Shown piece after piece: positions 32,293-42,895 of a stretch of 64,000 nt of DNA (positions within the stretch are counted from its first letter, which is position 1; the number at the start of each line of letters is the position of its first letter). Below the pieces are notes generated by a model. That model searched no databases. It had not been told where the DNA came from and saw nothing but the letters and a program-made list of their open reading frames with translations. This DNA comes from an uncultured Verrucomicrobiae bacterium (lineage in GTDB: Bacteria > Verrucomicrobiota > Verrucomicrobiia > Chthoniobacterales > JAFAMB01). The translations under genes were made by a program, and so were the position numbers. The stretch covers positions 576,001 to 640,000 of the forward strand of contig CAWAIK010000001.1 of assembly GCA_963782115.1 (NCBI GenBank). The letters run 5' to 3'.

Positions 32293-33261
32293 ATGCGCGT
32301 TTTTGTGACCGGTGCCACAGGTTTCATCGGCTATGCTGTGGTCAAGGAACTGCTCAGAGCGGGACACGAGGTCGTTGGACTGACTCGTACCAAAGAAGGG
32401 GCCAGGCGTTTGACTGCCGCCAGCGCTACCTCTCACTGGGGCAGTCTCGAAAATCTGGAAAGCTTGAGGAGCGGAGCGGCCTTGGCTGACGGGGTCATCC
32501 ACCTCGCCTTTATTCATGGGTTCTCGGATGCGCAGCTGTCCACCCGCATAGGTATGATCGGAGGCGGCTTGATCGGACGGAGTGTCATGTCCAGCTTTTT
32601 GTCCGTGATGATCGAAACCGACATGGCGGCGATTAACACCCTCGGCTCAACGCTTGCGGGCTCCGATCGGCCATTCGTGATCACTGTCGGGACTATGGGT
32701 CTTCGTCCGGGCCTCATGGCCTCGGAGAACGATGAACCTGATCCGGCTTCTCCTGGAGCCGCTCGCAGCGTGCCATCGGAAAAGGCGGCGTCTGCAATGG
32801 CCTCGCAGGGCGTTCGTACGTCGGTGGTACGCCTCTCTCCCTCGGTGCACGGCGACGGCGATGCAGGCTTTATCCCTCGTCTCATCGATATCGCAAGAAA
32901 GAAGCGCGCATCGGTGTATGTGGGAAATGGGGCCAACCGATGGCCCGCCGTCCACCGGTTAGACGCGGCCCGGCTTTATCGGCTGGCGCTTGAGAAGGGC
33001 GCTGCTGGCAGCACGTATCACGGGGTCGCCGAAGTAGGCGTGCCGTTCCGAGAGATCGCTGAAGTCATCGGGCGACGCCTGAAATTACCAGTCGTAACTA
33101 AAACCTCGAAGGAGGCGGCTGCCCATTTTAATTGGCTCGCGTCCTTTGTTGCGACCGACAATCCGGTCTCCAGTCAAGCGACCCAGAAGAACCTGGGTTG
33201 GCAACCAACCGAGCCTGCCCTCATTCCGGACATTGATCGCCCGAGCTACTTCCAGCCCTAA
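32293..33261 (+). CDS. Atypical SDR / NAD-dependent epimerase-dehydratase
   Basis: VTGATGFIG, VIHLAF and NRWPAVHRLDAARLY; AGGAG RBS. Confidence 0.9.
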   Translation: MRVFVTGATGFIGYAVVKELLRAGHEVVGLTRTKEGARRLTAASATSHWGSLENLESLRSGAALADGVIHLAFIHGFSDAQLSTRIGMIGGGLIGRSVMSSFLSVMIETDMAAINTLGSTLAGSDRPFVITVGTMGLRPGLMASENDEPDPASPGAARSVPSEKAASAMASQGVRTSVVRLSPSVHGDGDAGFIPRLIDIARKKRASVYVGNGANRWPAVHRLDAARLYRLALEKGAAGSTYHGVAEVGVPFREIAEVIGRRLKLPVVTKTSKEAAAHFNWLASFVATDNPVSSQATQKNLGWQPTEPALIPDIDRPSYFQP

Positions 33262-33448
33262 TCTCAACGACGCGCTCTGACTTTGACCAGGAGCCTTCCA
33301 TCATTCTCTCACATACAAAATACGGTAACGCCTTGTCGCCGGTAAAGGCGTGTACACCCCATGCGAAAGGCCCTCGCTTCTAGCTAAACCCAGCGTCGCA
33401 TCGCAGGCTCAGAATGGGTCAGCGGCTGATCGTCTGATCACTTTGGTC

Positions 33449-33832
33449 TCATGGACGCCGTTCCGCAGCGGCGGCGAGTTCCTCGGCCTCCTGGAGATTG
33501 CGCCCAAATGGCGATTCGCAGTAGACGTGCTTCCCCGCTTCAAGAGCGGCGAGGAGCACCTTCCGGTGCTCAGGGACTTTGACGCAAATGGCCACGATGT
33601 CGATCTCATCACTGCCCACCAGCGCAAGGGCGTCCCCATACCAATGGTCCGCGCCAAATGCCTGGGCCGCAGCTTGGGCGCTTTTCTCGCTGCGGGTAGC
33701 GACGGCCATAAGTTTCAGGCAAGGTAAATTTTGGAGAGCAGGTACATGGGCTTCCTTAGCCCAACCTCGTTCCGCGTTTGCGCCGACGATACCAACTCGC
33801 AATGGCTGATCCTGATTTGGTTTTGAATTCAT
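33449..33832 (-). pseudogene. Gfo/Idh/MocA oxidoreductase N-terminal fragment
   Basis: RVGIVGA...ALEAGKHVYCESP; C-terminal domain missing. Confidence 0.8.
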
Positions 33833-34024
33833 GAATCAAAGTAATGCAATGGCTCTTTCATAAGGATTCTATTGGATGAGTCGAACTCAACATCGATTCC
33901 TTACAAAGCTTGCGCATTTACGAAAAGCGCTTGCGCGGTCGCTTTCGTAGCCAACTCCGCCAAAGACACTAATGAGAGGCAAAAATCCTTTCCCAACGCT
34001 GTAGATCGGTGTTATTTTTTGCCT

Positions 34025-34639
34025 GTGCGCATCCCTCGCCGTCCTGCATCCAGCGCAGCGCTAGATCCCGAAAGCTGGGTCGATCTGCACGGCGATTGCC
34101 TCTACCGGTATGCGCTTGTTCGCGTCAATAGCCCGGCGATTGCAGAGGACCTTGTTCAGGAAACGCTCTTGGCAGCGCTCAAGGGGAGGGCTGCTTTTTC
34201 CGGACGCTCTTCGGAACGAAGCTGGTTGTGTGGTATTCTGAAAAACAAAATTGTAGATTACTATCGCAAACGTGGTCGTGAGACATCTTTTACGGACATG
34301 GAATTCCTTTCCGACGAATTCTCGGAAAAGTATGTCGGCGAGGGCTGGATCCACCGGGAAGCACCGAAGGATTGGAAACCCGAGCCTGACATAGTTGCCC
34401 ATCGTTCCGAATTTTGGGCAGTGATGCGACGGTGCTTGGAAAAGCTGCCGGAACGCATTGAAAGCGTCTTCATGCTTCGAGAGATGGACGACGTTTCAAC
34501 CAAGGAAATTTGCGAAACCCTTTCAGTAAGTGAGAGCAATCTTTGGGTGATGCTTCATCGCGCGCGAATGGCACTGCGCGAATGCCTTGAGCGAAACTGG
34601 TTCGGTACCGATCGTAAGGTGACCCGATCCAAGCCATAA
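34025..34639 (+). CDS. ECF RNA polymerase sigma factor (TIGR02943-like)
   Basis: WVDLHGDCLYRYA, AEDLVQETLLAA, WLCGILKNKIVD and SNLWVMLHRARMALRECLE; GTG start assumed. Confidence 0.9.
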   Translation: MRIPRRPASSAALDPESWVDLHGDCLYRYALVRVNSPAIAEDLVQETLLAALKGRAAFSGRSSERSWLCGILKNKIVDYYRKRGRETSFTDMEFLSDEFSEKYVGEGWIHREAPKDWKPEPDIVAHRSEFWAVMRRCLEKLPERIESVFMLREMDDVSTKEICETLSVSESNLWVMLHRARMALRECLERNWFGTDRKVTRSKP

Positions 34640-34735
34640 CTCGGCTCCGCTTTCGCGGCTCATTTTTGGGGAACTCGGGGGCCCGGGCGGTTCGGGTCCG
34701 GCATCTCTAGCTTCGAAGTTTCTTCGTAGCCGCCC

Positions 34736-34762
34736 TGTAAGGTTCGAAGGGAAAAAACGACT
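34736..34762 (+). promoter_or_regulatory. Putative ECF promoter TGTAAGG-N15-CGACT upstream of the anti-sigma
   Basis: tgtaaggttcgaagggaaaaaacgact. Confidence 0.6.
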
Positions 34763-34786
34763 TATCTAAGACCCCCGTAGCGAGCC

Positions 34787-35146
34787 ATGCCCGAAGAAGA
34801 TCCCAACCCGCGCACTCCGGACGACGATTCGTTGATCCAGGGTAAGAATCCCGTCACACAAAAAGTGACCGACGTCATTTTTCGCAACACTCCTACCTGT
34901 GCGCAGATAACTCGTTTGATCTCGGAGGAACTTGATCATCCGCTTCCGCTCGCAACGAGACTTCGGATGAGAATCCATTTTCTGGCTTGCTGTTATTGTG
35001 AGAGATACAAAAAGAACCTCCGCTTTTTGCGTTCTTTTCTCCTTTCGTCTTCCAAACATCTGGATGAAATCTCCAATGAAACCTTGTCGCCTGAAGCAAA
35101 AGAACGTCTAAAGACGAGCTTACGTGAAGAAGACCCGCCGGGTTAA
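34787..35146 (+). CDS. zf-HC2 (ZAS) soluble anti-sigma factor
   Basis: TCAQITRLISEELD...HFLACCYC (Hx3Cx2C); downstream of the ECF sigma. Confidence 0.85.
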   Translation: MPEEDPNPRTPDDDSLIQGKNPVTQKVTDVIFRNTPTCAQITRLISEELDHPLPLATRLRMRIHFLACCYCERYKKNLRFLRSFLLSSSKHLDEISNETLSPEAKERLKTSLREEDPPG

Positions 35147-35383
35147 AGAGCCGTCGATAACACCGCCTGCTATTTCGAGTCAAAGGCGTGAACACCCGTC
35201 CAATTCTCCGGATGGCCGACCGATGCCAGGCATCGATGCAACCCAAAGCACGTTTCGAAGATCGGGGCACCCGCCCATTCTGGCAAAGCGTATAAGTGCC
35301 GTAAGGCTTCGTGGCAACGAAGGGCCGAGCGACAGGCGAAAATCTCATGATCCGCAATCGGCTCGGGCAAATTTCAAAAAATC

Positions 35384-35714
35384 ATGATCGAATCCCCGAT
35401 GTACTTGTCGACCGTCCTTTTCTCCCTCTGGATCGTCTGCCATGACTTGCAGCTGGCAACCGACAGGGAAATGCGACCCGCTGCAACCGGTTTTACCGCT
35501 GGCGATCACTCTTTCGATCCTCGGCACAGCCGCCGCATTTCTTCCGCGCCTCCTGGCCGTCGCGCGTTTTCGGCAACCGCTTAGCGGCGCACTTCTCCAC
35601 CCGCTCGGCATCTGCGCTCTGCTCGCGATCCAGTGGTTCGGATTTGTTCGCTCACTTTGCAAACGCCCCGCGCGGTGGAGAGGTCGCACTTATTTCAGGG
35701 CTCGCCACACATGA
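35384..35714 (+). pseudogene. GT2 glycosyltransferase remnant (carotenoid/hopanoid GT-like C-terminus)
   Basis: ALLHPLGI.ALLAIQW...ARWRGRTY C-terminal signature; middle deleted. Confidence 0.55.
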
Positions 35715-36200
35715 AAACCCTGCTCCTCGGCCTCATCGCGGCCCATTGCGTCACCCCATACGCCGTTGCAGCTCCGGTGGCAAAACTCGGCAATTTCGAA
35801 CTCACTGATCAGGAAGCCAATAAGCGCACCTACCGCTTCCCAAAAACGAAGGTTACCGTCATGACCGTTACCGATCAAAAGGCGCCGATCAACTCGCATC
35901 TTGGATTCAGCGTGTGTACGACCGCTTCCAAAACCAGATCGATATCGATGGCGTGGCGGACGTCTCAATGATCCCGAAACTATTCCAACCGATCCTGTGG
36001 GAGGCGTTCAAGAAACAATTGGGATACTCCGTGATGCTCGACTGGGACGGTTCGGTGGTGAAGCAATTCGCCTACGAAAAAAACGTGGCAAACATCTACG
36101 GGATTGATCGGGGCGGTCGCATCGTGAAACGGCTCACAGGTGCAGTCAGTAACGAAGCCCCTGCGCGCTCTGTTTCACGCAATTGATGCGGCGATCGCTG
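35711..36200 (+). pseudogene. Secreted thioredoxin-like/redoxin protein, frameshifted
   Basis: Signal peptide, FELTDQ and VMLDWDGSVVKQF...IYGIDRGGRI in two frames. Confidence 0.55.
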
Positions 36201-36237
36201 ACGCTCAACAAAATGATCCCGTTTGATTTTTGATCTT

Positions 36238-36703
36238 ATGAAAGAATCCGTGTTTAGCTCTGAAATTTGGCTTCCCAAACCCCCGGAGGAGATATTTCCG
36301 TTTTTTGGAGACGCTCACAATCTCGAAATTATCACTCCGCCATGGTTGCAATTTGAAGTTTTAACAAAAGGTCCGATCGAGATGCGTCCGGGCACACTGA
36401 TCGATTATCGTATCCGCCTTCATGGCATCCAGTTGCGTTGGCGAACAAATATTGTGGCCTGGGAACCGCCTTATCGATTTATCGACGACCAGATCAGGGG
36501 TCCTTTTCAGCGGTGGCATCACGAGCACATTTTCTAATCGCAGGATAACGGAACCCTCTGCCGAGACCGGGTCCATTATGCGGTTCTTGGCGGGCCGCTG
36601 GTAGATCGTTTGTTCGTGCGGCGAGATGTGGAAAAGATATTTAAGTTTCGCCGGCAAAAACTGTTGGAGCTATTTGAGCTCGATAAACGGATCTGTTGCA
36701 GAT
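36238..36703 (+). pseudogene. SRPBCC family protein with nonsense mutation
   Basis: FPFFGDAHNLEIITPPWL and WEPPYRFIDDQIRGPF.RWHHEH; TAA at 36535-37 where the 18.2-kb copy has GAA. Confidence 0.85.
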
Positions 36704-37829
36704 AGGTGCATCCCTCACGCAGCAAGCACGTTTATAACATATCTAGAATGGGTGTTCGCACCCATTCGCGGAAGTTTTCTCACGGTAATTACGACGGAAG
36801 GTTTGAGCGGAAATCGGGGTTTTCACTAGTTTTAAGTGCTTGTCGCACGCGATGCGGATCCAGCAGTTAAGGACCTAACACAAGCCTTGAGCCTCGGTCT
36901 TAACAGTGACTAAGTTCATTGTTCCTAGTTTAGTAGATTTCAATCTGTTTCTTTAGTTGGAGGACACATCGGCCATGGACCTTCTGGCTAAGTGGAGCTT
37001 GGGGACACACAGCTGATTCTTCAGTTTTGTTTGTGGCGGCGTAAGCGGACTTCGTGAAATTTGCAGCCAGCCTAGTCCTAGTGCCGACAATAACGATCTT
37101 CTTTCTTCCTGGCGCGTTCAATCCTGCGGTTGTGCAAAGCAGATCGTTCCCTGATAGCGATGGATAAATTGGCCGGCAACGCTATCGCCTGGGCCAAAGA
37201 GGATATTTATGTATCCACTAGCGCCCGGTTCCTCCGGTGATTTTTAGGCCAGCGGGATAGATCGCTGCAGATACGTTAGAACCAGGAATTGGCCCCACCG
37301 CCGTCGCAGAGGCTTAATCCGTGTATAACGCGCGAAAAATAGATTGAACGGTTGAACGAAGCCGCTACGCAGAGTCCATGAGTCGTGGGCGTTTTGTATT
37401 GTTGGCAGAGCGTTGGCAGACCGCTTTCGCTTGAGCCGCTTCTCGATACCGCCGCCTCAGACTATAGGCAATGCGCAATCTCCGGATTGGAAACCTTACG
37501 GACCATCGACGAGTTCGTTATGGGCGCCGAAGATGCGCGGATTGCGTGGTATGCCGTGGCGCGCCATCTCCAATTGCTTTCGATGCGCGATTGGACCGAT
37601 GACGCCAAACTCGCCAAGGCGCTCGGTGTAGTGCGTCGTTCAACATTCGCAAGAGGCGGGCGCGTACAATGGTTGCGATCCTGCAAACCTCCGTCTCGAC
37701 TTCAATTCGGCTAATAAACGCTTCGCCGGCTTAGTTTCAATCGGATACGCTTCGACGCCGCCAACGATTCGGTTCGGTCGGCGCGCGCCTTCACATATCG
37801 CGCATGGTCGGTTTGCGCGTCGGCGCTTG

Positions 37830-38511
37830 AACGCGGCGCGTGGCGCTTTGCTGCCACAACGACTCGATGAGCATCAACAAAATAGATCTTTTCGTGAGCG
37901 CGTTCAAGCGCATCGTCAGCAAAAGCAGGCCATCGCCGCCGCAGCCATCGACTACATCAAAGACGGGCGACACCATTATCCTGGAGGCAGGCACCACCAT
38001 ACCTGCCTTGGCCCAGCTTTTGAAAGAGCAGGTTAAATCCGTCTTTATCATCACCTGCTCGGTTCCGGTAGCCCTCGAGTTGTCTAGCGCTGGTTATGAC
38101 ATTCTGCTGTTAGGCGGCATGGTCAGGAACAAAAGCCTGGCTTTGCTGGGACGCGAAACGTTGGCAATCCTCGAGCGGTATCGGGCCGACAAGGCTTTTG
38201 TGGGCAGTTCGGGGTTTACGGCCGGAATGGGGCACAGCACGCCTAATCCAGAGGATGCACAAATCTAAGAGGCCATCATGCGAGCTGCCGACGAGACTTA
38301 CGTCCTGGTAGACTCCTCGAAGTTCGGCCACGATTGCTTAACGACTTTTACGCGCCTTCGCAAAGTCTCTTTGACGATCACCGACAGTTATCTATCCCGC
38401 GCCAAAGCTCAAACGCTGGAGGCCGTGGGCGCAAAACTTCGTATCGTGAATATGGCCAAGACGGATTTGGACGACAAGGTACATGGAGTAGGAAAGGATA
38501 ATAGAAGCTAG
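37830..38511 (+). pseudogene. DeoR/GlpR family regulator (IolR-like), degraded
   Basis: GDTIILEAGTT, LLGGMVR, ADKAFVG and LVDSSKFG; HTH lost, frameshift, in-frame TAA at 38266-68. Confidence 0.8.
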
Positions 38512-39011
38512 TTATAATGTTCTTGATTTACAATGAATGCGTATCTAATTTCTTGTCGAAAGAAACAACTAAGAAAATTCTGACGCTTTCGCTTGGCTCC
38601 CTCCCGAACCAGGTTGCGGCAAGAAGTCATGCAGATTCGCGCAAGGACTGGTTTTATCGCATGTCTTGACGTTCTGATTCACAATCTGGGTGCCACAGAT
38701 GGCGGGCAGCAATAGAATTTACCCCCAAAATCAAAATGAAAATATGTCCACTTCCAAAACGGCGCTGCCAACTGGTCCGTAATTACAATGGTGGCAATCG
38801 CGCCGGCGAAGATTGATGGCGCTGCCCCGAAATCGGTTCGATGGCCGAGAGCTGAGGCCTTCTCGTCGCTGAGGACATCGCGGTAATCGTTGGTGGTTTA
38901 CCACCGCAGAGACACAAGCGCGCGGAAGGGGAGACAAGCGCGCGGCTAATCAGCCGCTCAGTAGTGCAGTCAGAAGTAAATGTCAGAAATAATTCGTTAC
39001 CTAGATTCTAT

Positions 39012-40901
39012 ATGAGCAATTCGATTCGTCTTACGGTGGGTCAGGCATTGGTTCGCTTCGTTGCAAAACAATACGTGGAGCGGGATGGACGCCAAAACCG
39101 CTTTATTGAAGGGTTCTGGGGTATCTTTGGTCACGGCAATGTATCAGGGCTTGGCCAAGGCATTGTGGAATTTGCCGAAAAGGAGGGGTTGCGATTTTAC
39201 CGTCCGCAGCATGAGCAAGGAATGGTACATATTTCGGCTGCATTCGCTAAGCACCGTAATCGACTCTCGACCTTTGCCTGCACAACCTCCATTGGTCCTG
39301 GGGCGCTCAATATGGTTACCGGGGCTGGGGTGGCGACGGTGAACCGATTGCCGGTGTTGCTCCTGCCGAGCGACTATTTTGCCAACCGCGTGCCCGACCC
39401 TGTGTTGCAACAGATCGAGCATCCGATTGAGAGGGATGTCAGCGCGAACGACGCTTTTCGACCTGTTTCAAGGTTCTTTGATCGGATTTCACGCCCGGAG
39501 CAATTGTTGGCGAGTCTACCAGAGGCGTTCCGGATTTTAACGGACCCTGCAGAGACTGGGGCTGTGACCGTGAGTCTACCGGAGGACGTGCAGGCCGAGG
39601 CGTTTGACTGGCCTGCGGAATTTTTCCAGAAGCGTGTTTGGCATGTGCGCCGTCCGCTGCCCGAGCCGGAGTTGATCAAGGAAGTTGCGTCTCGGCTAGA
39701 GAAAGCCGAGTGCCCAATCATTATCACGGGTGGAGGAACGATTTATTCAGAAGCGTGGTCTGAACTAAAGGCATTTGCTGAGGAATTTGGCATTGCGGTG
39801 ACCGAGACCCAGGCGGGTAAAGGTGCGCTCAATTGGAATCATCCGTGGAATGCCGGGCCTATCGGTTCGAATGGAGGCACCGCGGCAAATGAGATGGCAA
39901 AAGAGACAGACTTGATTCTGGCCCTGGGCACGCGTTTGACCGATTTTACAACAGCTTCCCGATCGCAATTCCAAAATCCGGCAGTGCGTTTTATCGGAGT
40001 CAACGTCACACCGATGGATGCAAGCAAGTTGGCGGCATTGCCGGTGGTGGCCGATGTGAAGCGAACTTTGCCCGAGTTAACAAAGGCTCTTAAGGACGCG
40101 GGATACAAAGGCACCCACGACAAATATAAACAACGGTTAACCAAACTCAAAGAGCAATGGGATAACAAAGTAATCGAAATCAGGACGACTAAAGAAGAGA
40201 AGGGTGCGCTGTCCGAGATTGGCGTTATTGGATTAGTCAATGAGGCTGTGGGTGGAAAGGCAACCGTGGTTTGTGCCGCGGGTAACATGCCGGGTGAGCT
40301 GCTGCGGCTCTGGCGACCCGAGGATCCAAAAGCCTATCATCTGGAGTACGGCTTTTCTTGCATGGGCTACGAAATTCCGGGCGGCATTGGCGTTAAATTA
40401 GCCGAGCCGGAACGAGATGTTGTGGTGATGATCGGCGATGGAACCTATCTGATGATGAACTCGGAGATTGTCACGGCCGTGGCCGAGGGATTGAAACTCA
40501 CGATTGTGGTGGTTGATAATCACGGATACCAATGCATTCTGGGGCTTCAGCGCATTTGCGGCGTGTCTGATCTCGGCAACGAGCTGCGATTCCGCGACAA
40601 GAAGACCGGGACACTGACGGGCGAGTATGTCCCCATCGACTTTAAGAAACACGCGGAGGCCATGGGTGCGCATGCGGTTTTTGCGCCGAGCGCCGCGGAA
40701 GTCACCAAGGCTGTGCAGGAGGCAAAACAAAGGGACGCGGTCACTGTAATCGTTGTCCCTGTGGATCCTGAAAAACGTATGCCCGGACTAGGAACATGGT
40801 GGGATGTGCCCGTAGCCGAGGTCAGCGGTGTGGCAAAGACGCGTCAGACCCGCGAAAGCTACGAGAAGGCCGCTAAAAAGCAACGCCCAATCTTCGCATA
40901 G
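39012..40901 (+). CDS. iolD: 3D-(3,5/4)-trihydroxycyclohexane-1,2-dione acylhydrolase (TPP)
   Basis: RLTVGQALVRF, GIFGHGNV, YHLEYGFSCMGYEI, IGDGTYLMMNSEI and WWDVPVAEVS. Confidence 0.95.
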   Translation: MSNSIRLTVGQALVRFVAKQYVERDGRQNRFIEGFWGIFGHGNVSGLGQGIVEFAEKEGLRFYRPQHEQGMVHISAAFAKHRNRLSTFACTTSIGPGALNMVTGAGVATVNRLPVLLLPSDYFANRVPDPVLQQIEHPIERDVSANDAFRPVSRFFDRISRPEQLLASLPEAFRILTDPAETGAVTVSLPEDVQAEAFDWPAEFFQKRVWHVRRPLPEPELIKEVASRLEKAECPIIITGGGTIYSEAWSELKAFAEEFGIAVTETQAGKGALNWNHPWNAGPIGSNGGTAANEMAKETDLILALGTRLTDFTTASRSQFQNPAVRFIGVNVTPMDASKLAALPVVADVKRTLPELTKALKDAGYKGTHDKYKQRLTKLKEQWDNKVIEIRTTKEEKGALSEIGVIGLVNEAVGGKATVVCAAGNMPGELLRLWRPEDPKAYHLEYGFSCMGYEIPGGIGVKLAEPERDVVVMIGDGTYLMMNSEIVTAVAEGLKLTIVVVDNHGYQCILGLQRICGVSDLGNELRFRDKKTGTLTGEYVPIDFKKHAEAMGAHAVFAPSAAEVTKAVQEAKQRDAVTVIVVPVDPEKRMPGLGTWWDVPVAEVSGVAKTRQTRESYEKAAKKQRPIFA

Positions 40902-40965
40902 AACTAGCTGATACCATGAACGTTCGATTTGCTCACGTACCGCGAATGAAGGCGGACTGTTAAAT

Positions 40966-41982
40966 ATGGTTAATAAGAATGTTTTAGAAGTCGCTTTTCT
41001 TGGCGCCGGAAGGATGGGAGAGACCCACCTGCGAAACTTGGGTTCCATTAGTGGCGTCAAGGTGGTGGTTGTTGCCGATCCCGATAGAGAAAGGGCCGAG
41101 CGTGGCCGTGCTATTGCCGGGGCGGAGCTTGCTCTGACCGATCCTGCTGAAGCGATCCGGCATCCGTCAGTCGACGTTGTAATAATCGTTACTCCAACAG
41201 ACACGCATGCGCGTTTGATCGAGTTGGCAGCGAACGCCGGGAAAGCCGTGTTTAGCGAAAAACCAATCGCGCTGGACTTAGCCCAGACGGAGCGGGTTGT
41301 GCAAGTGACTCGCGAGCGAAAAGTACCTGTCCAACTAGGTTTTATGCGTCGTTATGATCCTGGGTATGCAAAGGCAAAAGCGAAGATTCAGGCCGGTGAG
41401 TTAGGTAAATTGGAAACCTTCCGTGCGTTGAGCCGCGATACTTACCCTCCAAGTCTGGAATTCTTATTGGGGAGTGGTGGACTGTTTTTGGACCTGGCGG
41501 TGCATGATTTCGATTTGGCGCGTTTTCTGGTGGGAGAAGTAGAAGAAGTTTATGCATGGGGAGGTGTCTTAATTGATGAACGGTTTGAAAAAGCAAAGGA
41601 CGTCGACACGGCGGCAACGTTACTGAAATTTAAAAACGGCGTCTTGGGCGTTGTGGAGACCTCGCGCCATTCGAATTGGGGATACGACATCAGGACCGAA
41701 GTTGCAGGTTCAATCGGCAAGATAGTTGTGGAAGCACCACAAAAGACCCCGTTACTTTTCGCAAAGGACTTCGCCAGCAGTTTCGACCATTACGAGAATT
41801 TTCCCGACCGTTTTGGAATAGGTTATCGTCTTCAGCTGGAGGCCTTTTTTGAATCCTTGCGTAAAGGTAGCACTCCCACGCCGGGACCCGAAGATGCATT
41901 AGAGACACTTCGCCTGTCCCTGGCCGCCACAAAGAGTTGGAAAGAGAAACGCCCGGTGCAAGTTTCGGAAATCCATACCTGA
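40966..41982 (+). CDS. iolG: myo-inositol 2-dehydrogenase
   Basis: LGAGRMG, SEKPIA, GFMRRYDP, SGGLFLDLAVHDFD and GYDIRTE; between iolD and iolB. Confidence 0.88.
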   Translation: MVNKNVLEVAFLGAGRMGETHLRNLGSISGVKVVVVADPDRERAERGRAIAGAELALTDPAEAIRHPSVDVVIIVTPTDTHARLIELAANAGKAVFSEKPIALDLAQTERVVQVTRERKVPVQLGFMRRYDPGYAKAKAKIQAGELGKLETFRALSRDTYPPSLEFLLGSGGLFLDLAVHDFDLARFLVGEVEEVYAWGGVLIDERFEKAKDVDTAATLLKFKNGVLGVVETSRHSNWGYDIRTEVAGSIGKIVVEAPQKTPLLFAKDFASSFDHYENFPDRFGIGYRLQLEAFFESLRKGSTPTPGPEDALETLRLSLAATKSWKEKRPVQVSEIHT

Positions 41983-41997
41983 GCTAGTGCACCGTCT

Positions 41998-42813
41998 ATG
42001 AAACGAAATTATCGTTCTAGTCAGAAAGGCCAATATGCGCTGAACGTCACTCCGCAAGAGGCTAAATGGAAATACGTCTCGTTCAAGGTCGTGCAGCTAC
42101 GTCCGGCGGAAAGCCTGGAAGCAGAGACCGGCATGGAAGAGGTTGTCCTGGTTCCGTTAGCCGGACGCGGGAGACTGTCCTTTGGCGGTAAGATTTACGA
42201 ACTGAACCGCAAAGACCTTTTTAGCAATCGCCCCGATGTGGTTTACCTGCCGCCGGGAACAACTTACAAACTCGAAGCTATTGACTCCTTTGAAATCGCG
42301 CTGGGCGGAGCGCCTGCGGAAGGAAAATTGCCTGCTCGCATCATACCGCGTGATCAGATTGCAACCGCTGTGCGCGGTGGTGCCAATGCGAAACGCGGTG
42401 TCAGTACGCTGGCAGATTCGGACGAACTCACCGAGCGTCTGACGGTATACGAGATCCATACGCCAAGCGGCAATTGGTCAAGCTTTCCACCGCACCGCCA
42501 TGACACAAGGGATAATTCCTCTTACCATGAGGAAACGTATTACTATCGTTTTCAGCCAGAGGACGGATTCGCTATCCAGCGGATTTATACGCGAGACACC
42601 GATCTTGACGTAGCCATTCCCGTGCAGCACGGAGACGTCGTTTTGATTCACGAGGGTTACCACCCCGTAGTGAAGGCGCCTGGCACAAACGCGTATTACC
42701 TGAATTTTTTGGCAGGCGACGTGCGCAAAATCTCTGCGGTTAATGATCCGCACTATGACTGGATAGGGAAGAATTGGGAGGGGAGCCCCATTGATATTCC
42801 CCTGAAAGGCTAG
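41998..42813 (+). CDS. iolB: 5-deoxy-glucuronate isomerase
   Basis: TPSGNWSSFPPHRHD, EETYYYR, GYHPVV and YYLNFLAG. Confidence 0.93.
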   Translation: MKRNYRSSQKGQYALNVTPQEAKWKYVSFKVVQLRPAESLEAETGMEEVVLVPLAGRGRLSFGGKIYELNRKDLFSNRPDVVYLPPGTTYKLEAIDSFEIALGGAPAEGKLPARIIPRDQIATAVRGGANAKRGVSTLADSDELTERLTVYEIHTPSGNWSSFPPHRHDTRDNSSYHEETYYYRFQPEDGFAIQRIYTRDTDLDVAIPVQHGDVVLIHEGYHPVVKAPGTNAYYLNFLAGDVRKISAVNDPHYDWIGKNWEGSPIDIPLKG

Positions 42814-42895
42814 TGTTTTCTCTGCACTCTGTCTTAAAATCGAAACTTGGTTTCGACTGTGATTGAGCATATTGTGCCATCGTCTTCGAAAAGTA

